From Octopus vulgaris (lineage: Eukaryota), in assembly GCA_951406725.2 (NCBI GenBank), contig OX597836.1, forward strand, positions 1,178,001 through 1,242,000: DNA of 64,000 nucleotides, written 5' to 3'. This document shows positions 13,612 through 27,352 of this stretch, piece after piece. The position numbers and the translations under genes were made by a program. The notes beneath the pieces are model-generated. The model was given only the letters and a program-made list of their open reading frames with translations. It had not been told where the DNA came from and made no database searches. The number at the start of each line of letters is the position of its first letter. Position 1 is the first letter of the stretch.

Positions 13612-14300
13612 TATCAGGTGGGCATTTTGAAATAGATAAATAAAGTGCATATTGTATCTAGGGAGAGTCATTGTACGACTTCTTTAATGAAGGGTCGGGT
13701 CGTTATTTTGATTTTCCAAAAAGCAGAACTCAGCGTCCTCCAGCATCTTTCCAGCTTGGCCAAACCTTATTCGGTTTCCTTTTGTTACTCTCCAAGCTTT
13801 CTCATTCAAATGATTTTGCAATAATTTAAACAAGTGGAACTCGGATGAAGCAAGCGGCAGAGAGTGTGGTGGGGGCTGTAGCATCTTTCCCCAACCAAAT
13901 GATTTCAGAAGATTTTTAGGGACTTTGTGCAATGAGAAGACAAGCATTCTTTTGATGTAGCGGAAACCTCCTTATGTTTTAATAGGGAAGGTCATTCTTT
14001 ATCCAAAACAGTCTCCGAACTGTGACGTCATGGTCAGTCGACTTAAAACCTGATTGATTCTGATTATATCGAATACTTCCTTCCATATCGCACAAAAGAT
14101 TCAATGAATGTTTCTGTCGGTGAAAACCAATTCGTGGAAGTTGTTTAGGTTTTCTTTCTGCTGCGCTTAATGTTGCAATAAAAATATCCTCTCTCTCTCA
14201 TTCCCATGCAACATCCGGTTTTAAAATGGTGCTTAAAAGTAGGCTTTGATGAAGACAAGCTGCCGAAAGAAATAAACATGAAGCAAGCATTTTACTCACT
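13612..14300 (-). mobile_element. Degenerate mariner transposase remnant (C-terminal half)
   Basis: GWGKMLQPPPHSLPLASSEFHLFKLLQNHL resembles W..LPHPPYSPDLAPSDFHLF..LQN.L. Confidence 0.7.
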
Positions 14301-14412
14301 TTGAAACATTCCTTTGCTTTTTGAAATGACCATTATGCCTATAATGCTACCATTAAATCATGTAGAAATATTTCTCTCTCTCTCGAGCTATCTATCACGC
14401 TGTCTATTTCTC

Positions 14413-14524
<112 letters not shown>

Positions 14525-14573
14525 CAGACAGACAATGCATCGAGTAAACAGATAAAACCTTGTTTTAATGTAC

Positions 14574-14612
<39 letters not shown>

Positions 14613-14646
14613 CATATGCACACACACACAACACACATGTATATTA

Positions 14647-15658
14647 CAGTGGCGACTCCGACACTCGGGCTGTTTAGGCGTAGCCCAAGTATAAATTTAA
14701 TGAAGTGAACACATATTTGCTAGCTGATTTAATTTCTGCCAACACTGACTTCAAATATGTTATTTCAGCCAATAAATCTGGCTCCTTCTATTGAGTCTGG
14801 TTGCAGTTCATATATTTTGGTTCAGTGTCTGGTGAATGTCTTAGCAGTGCCCTGTTTCAAAAAAAATATTTGTAGCAGATGTTCTCTTGACATCATTCAC
14901 ACAAGCCTGACTTGGGCTCAGAAGTTATTGCCGTAGTTGTTATCTATAATCATAAAAATTAAAATATTATTCAAATTCAATGTTTTCTGGAAACAACAAA
15001 TTTTTATAGGATTTAAATTCCAATCTATATAAATTTTCTGTTCTATAATATCACAGGATCAAAAATTATCTAGCAGCTTGGACTAATTAGAACGAGTATG
15101 GTAGATGAAAAAGACTAACTGGCATCTCTTGTCAAGAGTACAGGCGAGAGTCAGATCACTGATGTTTGTTGTGCACTCAGCTGTCGTTATTTCATTGCTG
15201 ATCGTCTGTGTGTAAAAATCAGTTGTGTTTTGCAGGGTTGCCTAAGTTTTACCCTTAACTTTGAAATGGAGAAAGACATAGTGCTAGATATAAAAAATAA
15301 GCCATTTGGGGCTAGAAATATTGCGGGAAAGCGTGAAATTCTTCGAACAGGCATGTGTCTTATACGAAATCTTATTTAATATTTATGCATCATAAAACTA
15401 ATTTAATATTTATGGAACATATACAGAAAGACCTGTACTGATATCTTCATCAGTTTGTAAAAATCTATTAAAACCTGTCAGATTTTCGTATTTTGCCTCA
15501 GATACAATTAAGAAAATTTTGTAAAATGCTTAAGTTCTTCTGAACTTTTCGTGGCTAGATTTGAATACTTATTTTCGAATTCTAAATAAATTAGACTTTT
15601 TTAAAATTTCAATACTTTGATGAGCCCGAGTGATGCTTATGACCTAGAGTCGCCTCTG
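14647..15658 (+). mobile_element. Non-autonomous hAT-family DNA transposon (~1 kb)
   Basis: TIRs CAGTGGCGACTC / GAGTCGCCTCTG; subterminal inverted CACTCGGGCT / AGCCCGAGTG; internal RTSMVDE(R)LTGIS near 15090-15130 resembles the hAT dimerisation motif RSTM.DERL.GL. Confidence 0.7.
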
Positions 15659-15659
15659 T

Positions 15660-15697
<38 letters not shown>

Positions 15698-15726
15698 TAT
15701 ACATATATATATACAGATACATATAC

Positions 15727-15757
<31 letters not shown>

Positions 15758-16080
15758 TGTATATATATACACAGATACATACATGCATATATATATATAT
15801 ATATACAGATACATACATACATATACATACATATCTATATATATATATATACATAAATATATATATACACATAAATACATATATATACATACATATATAT
15901 ACACATATGTATACATATATGCATGCATATATATATACATACCCATACATATGTATGCATATGCATACATATATATATACACACACATACACACACACAT
16001 ATGTATACATATATGCATGCATATATATATACATACCCATACATATGTATGCATATGCATACATATATATATACACACAT

Positions 16081-16120
<40 letters not shown>
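15659..16120. repeat. Compound (TA/CA/TACA) microsatellite with internal duplication
   Basis: ATGCATGCATATATATATACATACCCATACATATGTATGCATATGC occurs twice, about 97 bp apart. Confidence 0.9.
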
Positions 16121-16121
<1 letters not shown>

Positions 16122-16203
16122 GAAAGAATAGCTATAACTCTTTGACTGCTATTTCTAAATTCGGTGTGTGGTGAGGCAATTCGTTGCTAAACCCTTAATT
16201 GCT

Positions 16204-16251
<48 letters not shown>

Positions 16252-16362
16252 TCATTTATATACACATATAAAACTGTAAAACGAGAAGGCTGACTTCAAA
16301 TTTTCAGATGATGAGCAATCAAGTATAAATATGTATCTTTATAGAGCAAAACTTACTCAGAT

Positions 16363-17503
16363 TACGTGGTTGCATAAAATGCTCGCGGACTAGTTCCGTA
16401 GCGCACCAACAGATGGTAGCACACGGTTGTCTGTGCAGTGGGAGCTAGTGGCATCGTTGTGTTTACTTTGTAAGTTGTAAGATTTCTATTTTTGTGATCA
16501 CGTTGATGCTGTAGTCTGCGATTTTGTCATGGACAGGTTGTAAGAACACAGAGGTTACGTGAAATCTTGCGTAAAACTTGTGATGTCTGCTGACGGCGTC
16601 GAGGCAATGGGTCACACGGAATGTTTCGGGTGACACAGGCGCTTCAAAAGCAGAGCGTCCCTGGAAGACTTTCCACGAGCGTCACACCCGGAAATATGGA
16701 GTAAATTGAGGAGTTTGTGTATTAAGATCGCTGGAGGGCAATCAGCGACATTGCTGATGTTGTTGGTCTGTGGTATGGTTCTAGGTAGGCGATCCTAACA
16801 TCTGAATTGAACATGCGGCATGACTCTGACAAGTTTCTCGCTCTCCTGATGACAACTGATCAAAAAGATCATCGCGTCGAAGTCTGTCCAGATCTCCGTC
16901 ACCGTTCCGCTGATGACCCATCCTTCATGTCGAAGATCCTCACCGGTGACGAGAGTTGGGTCTACAGATACGACCCTGAAATGAAGCAGCAGTCCTCACA
17001 ATGGAAGAGGCCTTCATCTCCACGACCGAAGAAATGACGACTGAACCGCAGCTCAATCAAGAGCAGCTTCATCGTTTTTTCGACGTCGACGGTTTTGTGC
17101 ATCAAGAATTCGTGCCGCGGACCCGGACCGTCGATCGAGAGTTCTACTGTCACGTTTTCAAGCGCTTGATGAAGGACGTTCGCAGAAAGCGACCGGATCT
17201 GCGGAACGCGAAACATTAGATTCTTCACGACGACAAAGTATCCTGTGACGGAGCTTTCCTCACTCGTGAGTTTCTTGCTAAATACAACATGGTATCGCTT
17301 CCGCCCCTGCGGACCTCCAACCCTTCCCCAATTTGAAAATGTAGCTCAAAGATCACCGTTTTAACACCGTTGTGAAGACCCAGAGTAAATCGCAGAAAGC
17401 CCTCGACTGGCTTATGGAAAAATACTATGGCAGGAACATTGGGACCCGTGTATTGCTGCGCGAGTTGACTGATTCAAAGATGATGTTAAAACTTAGGTAA
17501 ATA
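16363..17503 (+). mobile_element. Mariner transposon pseudogene (3' TIR not seen)
   Basis: 5' TIR-like TACGTGGTTGCATAAAATGCTCGCGGACT; KILTGDESWVYRYDPEMKQQSSQWK..SPRPKK; FFDVDGFVHQEFVP..TVDREFY..VRRKRPDL; many frameshifts. Confidence 0.9.
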
Positions 17504-18029
17504 ACAGAGTTTTGATACGACATTGTAACAGGAGAGAAGAGCAGGAGGTGTTATGAATACCAGTGTTGGACTGAGGGGGAGTGGTATGGCCGCTGGTGTA
17601 AGTGATCATATGGGGAGTCGCATTAAGGGTGCTATTGAGTCAGGTGGGGTTTCTAAGGGTTGTATTATTGAAACAAGGTAGGTTGGGCGGGGTTTAACGG
17701 GATGGATTGTAGGGTCGAAAGATAAGCAGTGGGGTTGATGTATTTGGGAGAGAAGGTTCTAATTTCCCAGATTAATCAATTCTTCCCCAACTCAATATCG
17801 GGAGAATTATTCAATAACTATTTAATTACTATCTAATTATTATGAAAATATTTGCTTTGTTTCGGAAACGCTAGATGAGGATATTGGAATGATGCTGACC
17901 TTTGAGGTCACGATGAACCGTCAAGACTCTGCTCTGCCGAAATGCAGGCGGTAATGGATCTTTATGCTTTAAATATGCGACGAAAAAGTTTAGTAATCTA
18001 TATCAAGATACAGGACAAGATAGTGAAAC

Positions 18030-18300
18030 AGCTTGGGTTTCAAGGGACCACAGCTCTTCAATATCCTCTCCAAACCCCTGAGAGATCTGCATGGGGTGGA
18101 TGTAGGAGTCTTCAAAGCAAAACTGGATCTCCTCTGGTCAAGAGTTTGGGACGAACCTACTTCACGGCAGGAAATGGAGATGAGGGCAGCAGCTTCAAAC
18201 TCCTTCATTCACCAAAGGCTACAAATCAGAGGTTTCAAGTAGTGAACGTGTAGCAAAGCTAACGGCAATGCTTCAGCATGGCCGTAGCTCTCGTGCTGAA
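18030..18300 (+). mobile_element. CR1-clade LINE ORF2 3' end fragment
   Basis: GFKGPQLFNILSKPLRDLHGVDVGVFKAKLDLLWSRVWDEP...RAAASNSFIHQ matches the CR1-type C-terminus (GP.LFN.LP...FK..LD..L..VPD.P...SNS). Confidence 0.8.
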
Positions 18301-19244
18301 ATTAGTTAAATAAGAATTTATAGAGCTGCTTATATCGTGATAATGTACGTTGCTCTGTATTGTATATAATATAAATTCTGAAAGAGTTGGACATTTGCAG
18401 AGAAATATATTTAAGATATTTAAGGCTTTATTCAGAAACGAATAAACAGAAAGCACAATGAATTTGGCTTCAAATTCTGTTAGGTCCTTTCGTAATAACA
18501 AGAATCACTAAATATTTCTTGATCTTATTAGATAGAAATATATTCTGATAAAAAGCGAAAATCCCAGATGCTAAAACGATTTCCATGAGGAATAACATTA
18601 AGTCCCACTACTTCACATTATTTTTACTTTGGCCATAACAAATATTAATGGCCGAAATTTCAAACAGTTACTTCCATTACAGTCTTCTTGTTCGACGCAT
18701 TTCTGTGACCCCGTAAATGGTCTGTTTAACAATTTATAACTTTCGAGATCGACAGTTCATTGTGCGAAAGTATTTACAACCGATGATTCAGTTTCTAAGG
18801 ATAACGTCAGGTTGTTGGAAAATTCTTTTTAGTTTAAATTGCAGTTATCATGAATATATTTTCAGAAAATACGAAATATTTTGCACACAAAAGTTTCGAT
18901 GTAAATCCAGGAAACAGAAGAGAAAAATATCAGAAACTATAAACCTCGTTGCATAGTTTTAATATCTCAGCGGTTTCGGTTATTTGACTTTGATGATGGT
19001 TGGTAACAGGTTGGAAAGGTTGCAGATGAATAGATGAAGGCAAGTACAGGACTGATACTTAATTGATTGATATGTGAAAGAGAAAAAAAAAAAATAATAA
19101 TGTGTAACGGAGCCGGAAACTATATTCAGAACGTAAGAGAGCGAACCGGATGCCACCGGGCACTTCGATCGCCTGTCGATTCAACAAATCCATCACTATG
19201 TGTGTGTGTGTATGTATGTATGTTTGCATATATATATATACATG

Positions 19245-19275
<31 letters not shown>

Positions 19276-19311
19276 ATTCATATGTAGATGAATGTATATG
19301 TGTGTACAAAT

Positions 19312-19342
<31 letters not shown>

Positions 19343-20654
19343 TAAATGCGGATTAACATATGTATGCCACTATTTATGTAAGTATGTCTGTACGTGTACT
19401 TATATATGTGAGTGTGTATATATATATATATATCATTATATACGCGTATACGCGCGAGCGTGTGTGTGTGTGTGTGTATGTGTGTGCACATATGTAAATA
19501 TATTTAAATTACATTGCTAATTAAACTGGAATGCGTGCAGGAGTTTTCGGCACACACAGAGATCGAGATAAAGTGAAGTGGAAACGTAACGAAATGAATG
19601 AGAGAAGATAAGAAATAAAGGATGAAGAAATGAGGAAGAAAATAGGAAGAAGATAAGAAAAACTGGAGGTAGATAAGAAGGCGAAGAGGAAGAAATTTTG
19701 TCTGAAATTAAAATGGCGCCTTTCTTGAGGCAGTCTCGTTGATGATGTGAAAATCCGTAATTACCTTCGCGCTCGCCTTCGCCTTCGTATCTCTTCTATT
19801 CACTGCACTCTTATCTTATTTTCTCTTCTCTCTTTGACTCTCTCTCTCTCTCTCTCTCTCTTTCTTCCTTTAATTCTCTCTCTCTCAATTATTTCTCTCT
19901 TTTCTCTACTTAAATATCTTCAGCAAATATACGGCAATAAAAGTTTCTCAAGTTTTTTAATTTCGTTGACGATTTCGATAAGTGCATGCAAAAAGTGTAC
20001 ACTATCATGGAAGCAGATCATCTCTGTCGTCTGGTGTCGTGTCATGTTGAGAGAGGGAGAGAGAGAGAGAGAGAGAGGAAGAGAGAGAGAGATGATGATT
20101 AGGATGATGAGAAGAGACGATGGTTCCGTGTACGCACAAAAAGAAGAGAATAAAGAATCGGTGGTGGAGGGGGGACGAGGGGTGAGCAGAAAGATGAGAG
20201 GAAGAGAAGCAGGGAATAGAATAATAGAAACAAACGTCAATAAGAAAGACAATCAAAAGATAATAATAACATCAACAATAGCAATAATAATAATAATGAT
20301 AATAATAATAATAGTAAATGATGATTATGATGAGGATTTCTTGTGCTGGAGTCTAATCTGTTGTGCGTATATGAAATAATAATAATAACTCATTATTATT
20401 TCAACTGCAATAACAACAATAACTACAATAAGGAGGGTAATAGTGATAATGAATGTGATGATGATGATGATGAAGAGTTTAGTGAATTGGATGAGAAATT
20501 TAAGAAATGTATAAGAGGCTGCGAACAGGTGGGAGTCACACTTGCGATTCAAAGCAGTCTCCACCATTCCGTACTCTGTGCATTGTCTGTATACACACAC
20601 GCACACGCGCACACACTCATGTATATGCTTATATGCATGTACGTAGGAATATGT

Positions 20655-21045
20655 ACTCTTCTACTCTTTTACTTGTTTCAGTCATGTGACTGTGGCCATG
20701 CTGGAGCACCGCCTTTAATCGAGCAAATCGACCGCAGGATTTATTCTTTGTAAGCCTAGTACTTATTCTATCGGTCTCTGTTGTCGAACCGCTAAGTTAT
20801 GGGGACGTAAACACAGTAGCATCGGTTGTCAAGCAATGTTGGGGGGACAAACACAGACATAAATACATATAAACACACATACACATATATATACATATAT
20901 ACGAGGGGCTTCTTTCAGTTTCCGTCTACCAAATCCACTCACATGGTTTAGTAGAAGGCATTTGCCCAAGATGCCACGCAATGGGACTGAACCCGGGACC
21001 TTGTGGTTGGTAAGCAAGCTACTTACCACACAGCCACTCCTACGC
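20655..21045 (-). mobile_element. tRNA-headed SINE, family 2
   Basis: Head TGGCTGTGTGGTAAG...GGGTTCAGTCCC, CORE-like CTTGGGCAAATG, body TGGATTTGGTAGACGGAAACTGAAAGAAGCCC, tail CAGTCACATGACTGAAACAAGTAAAAGA. Confidence 0.85.
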
Positions 21046-21059
21046 CTATATGTACACAA

Positions 21060-21141
<82 letters not shown>

Positions 21142-21207
21142 ACACTATGTATATGATAAGAAGATGAGATGATATAGGAAGAAACGATTATCTTATGAAA
21201 TTCATTA

Positions 21208-21284
21208 GCTTACAGTGGTTTCTGCTATATAATTCAATGGGCTCAGTTGAGTGCCTGAGTAACAACTTAGAGCTTCGTCGGAGC
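21208..21284 (-). ncRNA. Hammerhead-like motif with CCGACGA core and long stem-II insert
   Basis: Minus strand: GCT-CCGACGA-A-GCT...AGC-A-GAAA-C-CACT-G-TA-AGC. Confidence 0.45.
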
Positions 21285-21617
21285 CTCCCACATGAAGTGC
21301 AATCGTATATTTGAGAAAAGAATTACATTTTAAAAAGAATTCCATTATGTTATGAAGTTCATAAGGCAATCGTCTATTACTTTGTCATCTTATCACCACT
21401 CTGTACTCGACTAAGACTTCGCTCTGAAACATACGTCTATTGAGTTCTACACCAGGCTGTTCCTCTCGCAATGCCTACACGAAATGCTAAAATACACACA
21501 CATGCATATATACATATACATATGCACACACATGCGCGCGCACACATGAGTGTGCACTAAGTAGATATGTATGTATATTCATATATTCCGAGATATATAT
21601 ATACATGTAGGAATATG

Positions 21618-21661
<44 letters not shown>

Positions 21662-22991
21662 TATATACACACATACATGTATATATGGATTTAATTAAAT
21701 AAGTAGAAAGGAAAATTATTCATTTTCAGTTTAGAAGATTAAAAAACAGTGCTTCCGGATTGTTGGCGCATCCTAATCTGATCACATTTCCAAGAGGACT
21801 TGTGAAAGGTGTATATGTGTGGGTGTGGGTGTTTGTATATGTGTGTGTGTATTTGTGAATGAGTATATATGTATGCACGTGTGCGTGTGTGTATGTGCGT
21901 GAACGAGTGTATAGTAGTGCATGTATGTATTAGCATGCGCCTATGTAAGTATGTTTGTATACACACAAACACACACACACATAAATGTATATCCGATCAC
22001 AGACACATATACACCTGCATGCATATATCTATATGCATTAAATCATGCATGAATATTGAACACTTGTTTTGGCAGTATTGTTGGTTTCGACTTTATTTAA
22101 TTTTGGACCTTAATTCATAAATGTTTTCCAAGAACGTCAAACTAAAAGAAATTATACCCAACAATATACATTGCGGAACTATTCCTATACCATGGCACCT
22201 TCTCGAGCCTAATATAACGAAACATTAAATATATGCTGTGTACTTTCGGAATTCTCTATGCCTGTAGAATTCTTCGTCCTCTCTTCGCAATAAAACCTGG
22301 TAGAGTAGATCTCCTGGTACAAATGAAACTGCAATCATTGTCAACTGATAAAAATCAGTTGTCAATCTGTGATTGTCTTGTAATTTCGCAACTTATGTTC
22401 TGTGAGTGCTGGTTTCTATTTTGTTTTGGTCCCTGTTGATAGACGATGTGACGTGGCTCCCTCTATGTTGCTGCACTTCGTGCTAGTTATAACAGCTAAA
22501 TCGCATTGAAATTACACGCTGATGTCTTGATATGTGTAGAATGCACTGCATGAAGCAGATCTACAGAAATAATATTCCAGAGATACACGAAAGGGCTTTG
22601 GTTGTAAGACTTTTGAATATAGGTTTACTTAATCAAAGCCGAACAGGGGATACAACCGCGACAACAACTACATCAACAATATCACCACCATCATTACCAC
22701 CACCACCACCACCACCACACTGGGATCCCCTTTATCAATATTCACCTCCATCTCTAGCGCCACTCCTAACATCATCAATGAAGCGAACTCAGAGTTGCAA
22801 GTTCATGAATAAAGCTGTAGCGGCGCACTTTAACCAGGATGACATTTCAAGGCGACCCAACCAACAGAACACAAATGGACACCACATGGCAAGAAAGCCA
22901 TGCAGCGGAAACGCATGTCAGGCGGAGTTTTGAAGAGAAAATATACTTTATAAAAGAAGCTAATAATAAAAGAATAACACTGCGTTGATCT

Positions 22992-23034
<43 letters not shown>

Positions 23035-23039
23035 CATCA

Positions 23040-23232
23040 TGGCGGCGAGCTGGCAGAAATGCTTATCGGTATTTCACCCGTCACTTCGGTCTGAGTTCAC
23101 ATTCTGTTGAGGTCGACTTTGCCTTTCATCCTTTTGAGGTCAATAAAATAAGTACCAGGGAAACACTGGGGTCGATGTAATCGACTAGTCCCCTCCCCCC
23201 AAAATTGCTGCCCTTGTGACAAAATTTGAACC
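23040..23232 (+). mobile_element. SINE family 1 downstream of (ATT)n
   Basis: GGCGGCGAGCTGGCAGAA...GAGGTCGACTTTGCCTTTCATCC...AAGTACCAG. Confidence 0.85.
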
Positions 23233-23277
23233 CATTATTGTTTATTATATATTTATTATCATCATTATTATTGATTA

Positions 23278-24373
23278 TTGTTTGACTTTCGCTTTGTATT
23301 TTTACAAGTTGACTCCAAATTTGGGATTACATAGACAGTATTTTACGTAGGGTATGGGCAGTTCCCATGATCACTATATTTTGAATTTCTGTCATTTTGG
23401 GGTTTCCTGGTGTTTTAGGTAGGTAGGTAGGAATCAGCCCCTGTTGTTATCATTGCTAGGGCACTTATAACAACAGGTGTTGTTTTAGTCTTGAGGTTCC
23501 ACATTTTGTCAATTACTGTTTCAAGATCTTCATACTTACTCAGTTTTTCGTAGGTCTTGACAGATACATTTATATCGATTGGGACAGTCACATCAATGAG
23601 GAGGTATGATTTTTATCTGAAGTCTTTTAATATAATCTCTGGCATATTCGCATCTATCTTTCCGTCAGTTTGAACGAATCTAGCGTTCCAGAGGAGTGAG
23701 ATGTAATATTTTCAAGCACTGGATTTGGTTTGTGTTTCCACCAGTTTTTATCATGGGGCAGGTCCAAGGTTTTGAAAATTATCCAGTAATAAAATCGTTG
23801 AAACCTTGTAGGAGCATTGTAGATGTGGTTGAGATTTGTAATATCAACATCATTAACTGAAATTATATCCTTAAGTACAAAACGGATTTTCTCTATTACT
23901 TTCAGATTTTAGTTAGAGTTGCGTATTTTTTGGGAGAGTGTTACGTTCATCCATATTGGTTTCTACAATTTTCAGACATTCAATCATTAATTGACTTTTT
24001 ATTTCATCTAGTTCAGTTGGGTCAATTTCTATGTGACTTTCTCCATCTATTTGATTTTCCTCTGCCTTAGTGTTTATGGTTGGTTCAGAGATTATTTCAC
24101 TTTGCTTATCAGTTACATTCACTCTTTCTATCATTAGACCTGAGCTGGTCTGCAATTATTTCCTCTGTAGTATCGTCTTTAGCTGCATCTTATTTCCTTT
24201 CATCCCTTACTGATTGAATAAGTTGGTCAACCTCTAATTCAGTTAGTAATTTCTTTTACATAATGTTTCTTCTGACGTTGGTAAGTTTGTTACTGACTAT
24301 GTAGGATCTAACTTCAAGATGCTTCTGTCTCCAGTTTAGGTAAGTGTGTTCAGTATTAGATTTATTCTTGTTC

Positions 24374-24375
<2 letters not shown>
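23278..24375 (-). mobile_element. R4/Dong-like LINE, internally deleted (N-terminal-like region joined to RLE and 3' UTR)
   Basis: 23400-23790 encodes decayed WN..F.QTDGK...PEIILKD..LLIDVTVPID.NV..KT.EKLSKY.DL; 23790-24375 is acidic N-terminal-like sequence; both ends abut (TAA)n. Confidence 0.75.
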
Positions 24376-24413
<38 letters not shown>

Positions 24414-24476
24414 TATATATGTTATGTCTGTATTCTTAAGTGCCTTCTCCTACACATATATACACAGAGATAGATG

Positions 24477-24547
<71 letters not shown>

Positions 24548-24954
24548 TGGGGCAGCTGGCAGCCAGACTCTTTGTAAGAGAGATAAGAAATTTGAGCATT
24601 CGAAGAACATTGTCTAAATTAATCTTCAGGAAATTTCCAAGAACATTTCCACATGGGTAATATCGTTGGAGACTGAAATTACAACCAAAGAATAACAATA
24701 ACCATTTGTTTCTTCCCTTGCTATCAATTCCACAATTTGATATGATGTCACATTCCTCATACGTCCGCACCCCGCCGATCGATTCGGCCTACATTATTAC
24801 GGCTCTTTTACTAAAGCGGAAACCTGTATCAAATAGCGTCTTTCATTCAAAAACATTCAATTCCATATGGCTTTTAACAACATTCTTCTATTTCAGTAGC
24901 GCCACCTACCCAGTCTCCTCCAAACTCCACTTTTATTATTTTGATGCAATGAAA

Positions 24955-25165
24955 GGCGGCGAATCGTTTGTACTCCAGGCATAATGCTTATCGGCATTTC
25001 GTCTGTCTTTACGTTCTGAGTTCAAATTCCGCCGAGGTCGACTTTGCCTTTTATACTTTAGGGGGCGATAAAATAAGTACCAGTTGGGCACTGGTATCGA
25101 TAAAATCGATTTCCTCCTCCCCCAAATTTGCTGGCCTTGTGCCATTGTGCCAGAAGTCGAAACCA
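24955..25165 (+). mobile_element. SINE family 1
   Basis: CGTTCTGAGTTCAAATTCCGCCGAGGTCGACTTTGCC...GATAAAATAAGTACCAG. Confidence 0.85.
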
Positions 25166-25429
25166 ATATTTTCATGCAATATTTTACAGATTTTCATAGA
25201 ATTGCTTCATTATGTTTAACGATGGAGATTGATTGATGATTCTTCGATTTTGTCTCCTTATTAGGGTCGTTTCAAAGTGTAGCACTTCATCTTGTTTCGT
25301 TCTGCTAAAGATGTCGACAGTTAAGGTTGTTAAAAGTGTTACATGGCAAAACGCCATGACAGGCAATAACATAAGCACAAGTCACGCCATCTGGCGAGAG
25401 GAAACAACCAATAATATGGTCTTGAAAGA

Positions 25430-26265
25430 TTGGCACAAGGCCAGCAATTTCAGGGGAGGAGGCAAGTCGATTACATCGCCCCCCACAGTCCAATTGGTAC
25501 TTATTTTATCGATCCTGAAAGGATAAAAGCCAAAGTCCAGCTCGGAGGAATTTGCAGTCAGAACGTAAAAATGGACGAAATGCTGCCAAGCATCTCACCT
25601 GCCTAACGATTCTGCTAACTCAACCTCCTTTGAACATCCAATTGTTACCAAGAATTGGTTGTTACTTTATTCCGTCGATCCTAGAAGGATTAAAAAAAAA
25701 GTTGACTTTGGCGGAATTTGAACCCAAAACGTAGGCAGCAGTAACAAATAACGATCCTACATGTAATAATTTCGTATTTAGACACAAAACCCACAATTTT
25801 GAGAGGGTTAATCGATTAAATCCACTCCAGTACTTGACGTGAGTTTTATTTCACAGACCCGCTTATGGGTGAAAGGTATTATTGATCTTTGCAGTATTTG
25901 GATTCAGAACCTAAACAGTCATATTGATTAGACCTAGTAACCTAATTTGTCCGAGGTTCTTAGTATTCTGCCAGTTAACTACCATTGAAAAAATTCAAAT
26001 AAATACAAAAGGCCAATCTATAATATCAATCTGCCGCATCGACAGCAAACCAGGGACTGTAATTCGGAGGAGAGAAAGATAAAGAAGTGCAGGGACCTAA
26101 CCGACCGCCATCAGACTACAGTACGTAACTGGTACTTGATTTATCGACCCCGAAAGGATGAAAGGGAAAGACGACCTCGGCGGCATTTGAACCCAGAACG
26201 TAGCAGCAGACAAAATATCTCTAAGCAATTTCTTCAGGCGTGCTAACGGTTCTGCCAGCTCGTCG
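25430..26265 (-). mobile_element. Cluster of about four SINE family-1 copies/fragments on the minus strand
   Basis: Repeated GGTACTT..TTTATCGA.CC.GAAAGGAT and GGAATTTGAAC.CAGAACG motifs near 25495, 25665, 25830 and 26130. Confidence 0.75.
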
Positions 26266-26351
26266 TCTTGATAATAATAATAATAATAATGATAATAATG
26301 ATAATAATGATAATAATGATAATAATAATAATGATGATGATGATGATAATA

Positions 26352-27352
26352 AAGTTGGGGTATGATCTGGGAAGAGGTAAGGGAAAACTAAATCACTTTC
26401 TATTCATGGGCGACCTGAAGTTATTCACAAAAACAGTCCAGTCTGTGCGGGTTTTGTCCAATGATATCAAGATGGGGTTTGGACGCTCAAAATGTGCTTC
26501 GCTGGTGATGAGAGGAGGAAAGCTTGCCAGGACAGAAGCATGAGGTTGCCAAGTATTGAAATGATGAAGGCAGTTCAACCTCAGTTCAGCTATAAATACC
26601 TGGGAATACTTGAGGCAGATGGAATCAAACACCATGACATGAAGGAAAAGACAAAATGAGAGTACCCGTGGCGAATGAGGAAAATATTGCCTTCAAAGCT
26701 GAATGCTAGAAACATCATTTCGGCCATAAACTGGCAGTTCAGTCGCAGTAGTTCGGTTTGGAACTGGAATCCTGAAGTGGAGAGAGGAGGAGCTAAAGGA
26801 GATGGAGAGGAAGGCAAGAAAGAATGTAACGATGCATGGAGCCCATCAATCACGTGCAGACACTGATCACGTATACATGAAGAGAGTGAATGGAGGAAGG
26901 GGATTGATGAGTGTGGAAGACTGCGTGAGAATGGAACTCGAGAGTTTAATGAGATATCTAAATCGAAGTAGGGAAACCTTGCTAGTGACAGTTAGGAACG
27001 AGGGAGTATTGAGATCAGAGAAGAAAGGGGAAAAGAAAGGAAGGAGTACAAAGAGGAGATGAAGAAGAATTACGCAATAAGGGACTATACAACCAATTCC
27101 GTGCAGCCACAACAGAAACGGCTGGAAGAAGTTGGTGGGATTGGCTGATGAAAGGAACCCTAAGAAAAGAGACCGAAAGTATAATAGTGGCAGCGCAGGG
27201 TCAAGTTCCGGTCACGAAGTGGATGGTCAACCTTAGAAATGAGTAAATGTCTCCACTGTGTCGTATCTACAACAGATTGGATGAAACCATTGCCCATATC
27301 ACGAACGAATGCCCTAGACTCGCCCAAAACCACTGCAAGCTGTGGCAGATCG
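26352..27352 (+). mobile_element. R4/Dong-like LINE fragment (RT C-terminal half to CCHC knuckle), pseudogenised
   Basis: LNHFLFM(G)DLKLF, IKMGFG..KC, YKYLGILEADGIKH, KLNARNIISAIN, YMKRVNGGRGLMSVEDC, CRIYNRLDETIAHITNEC; begins after an (ATA/ATG)n tract. Confidence 0.9.
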
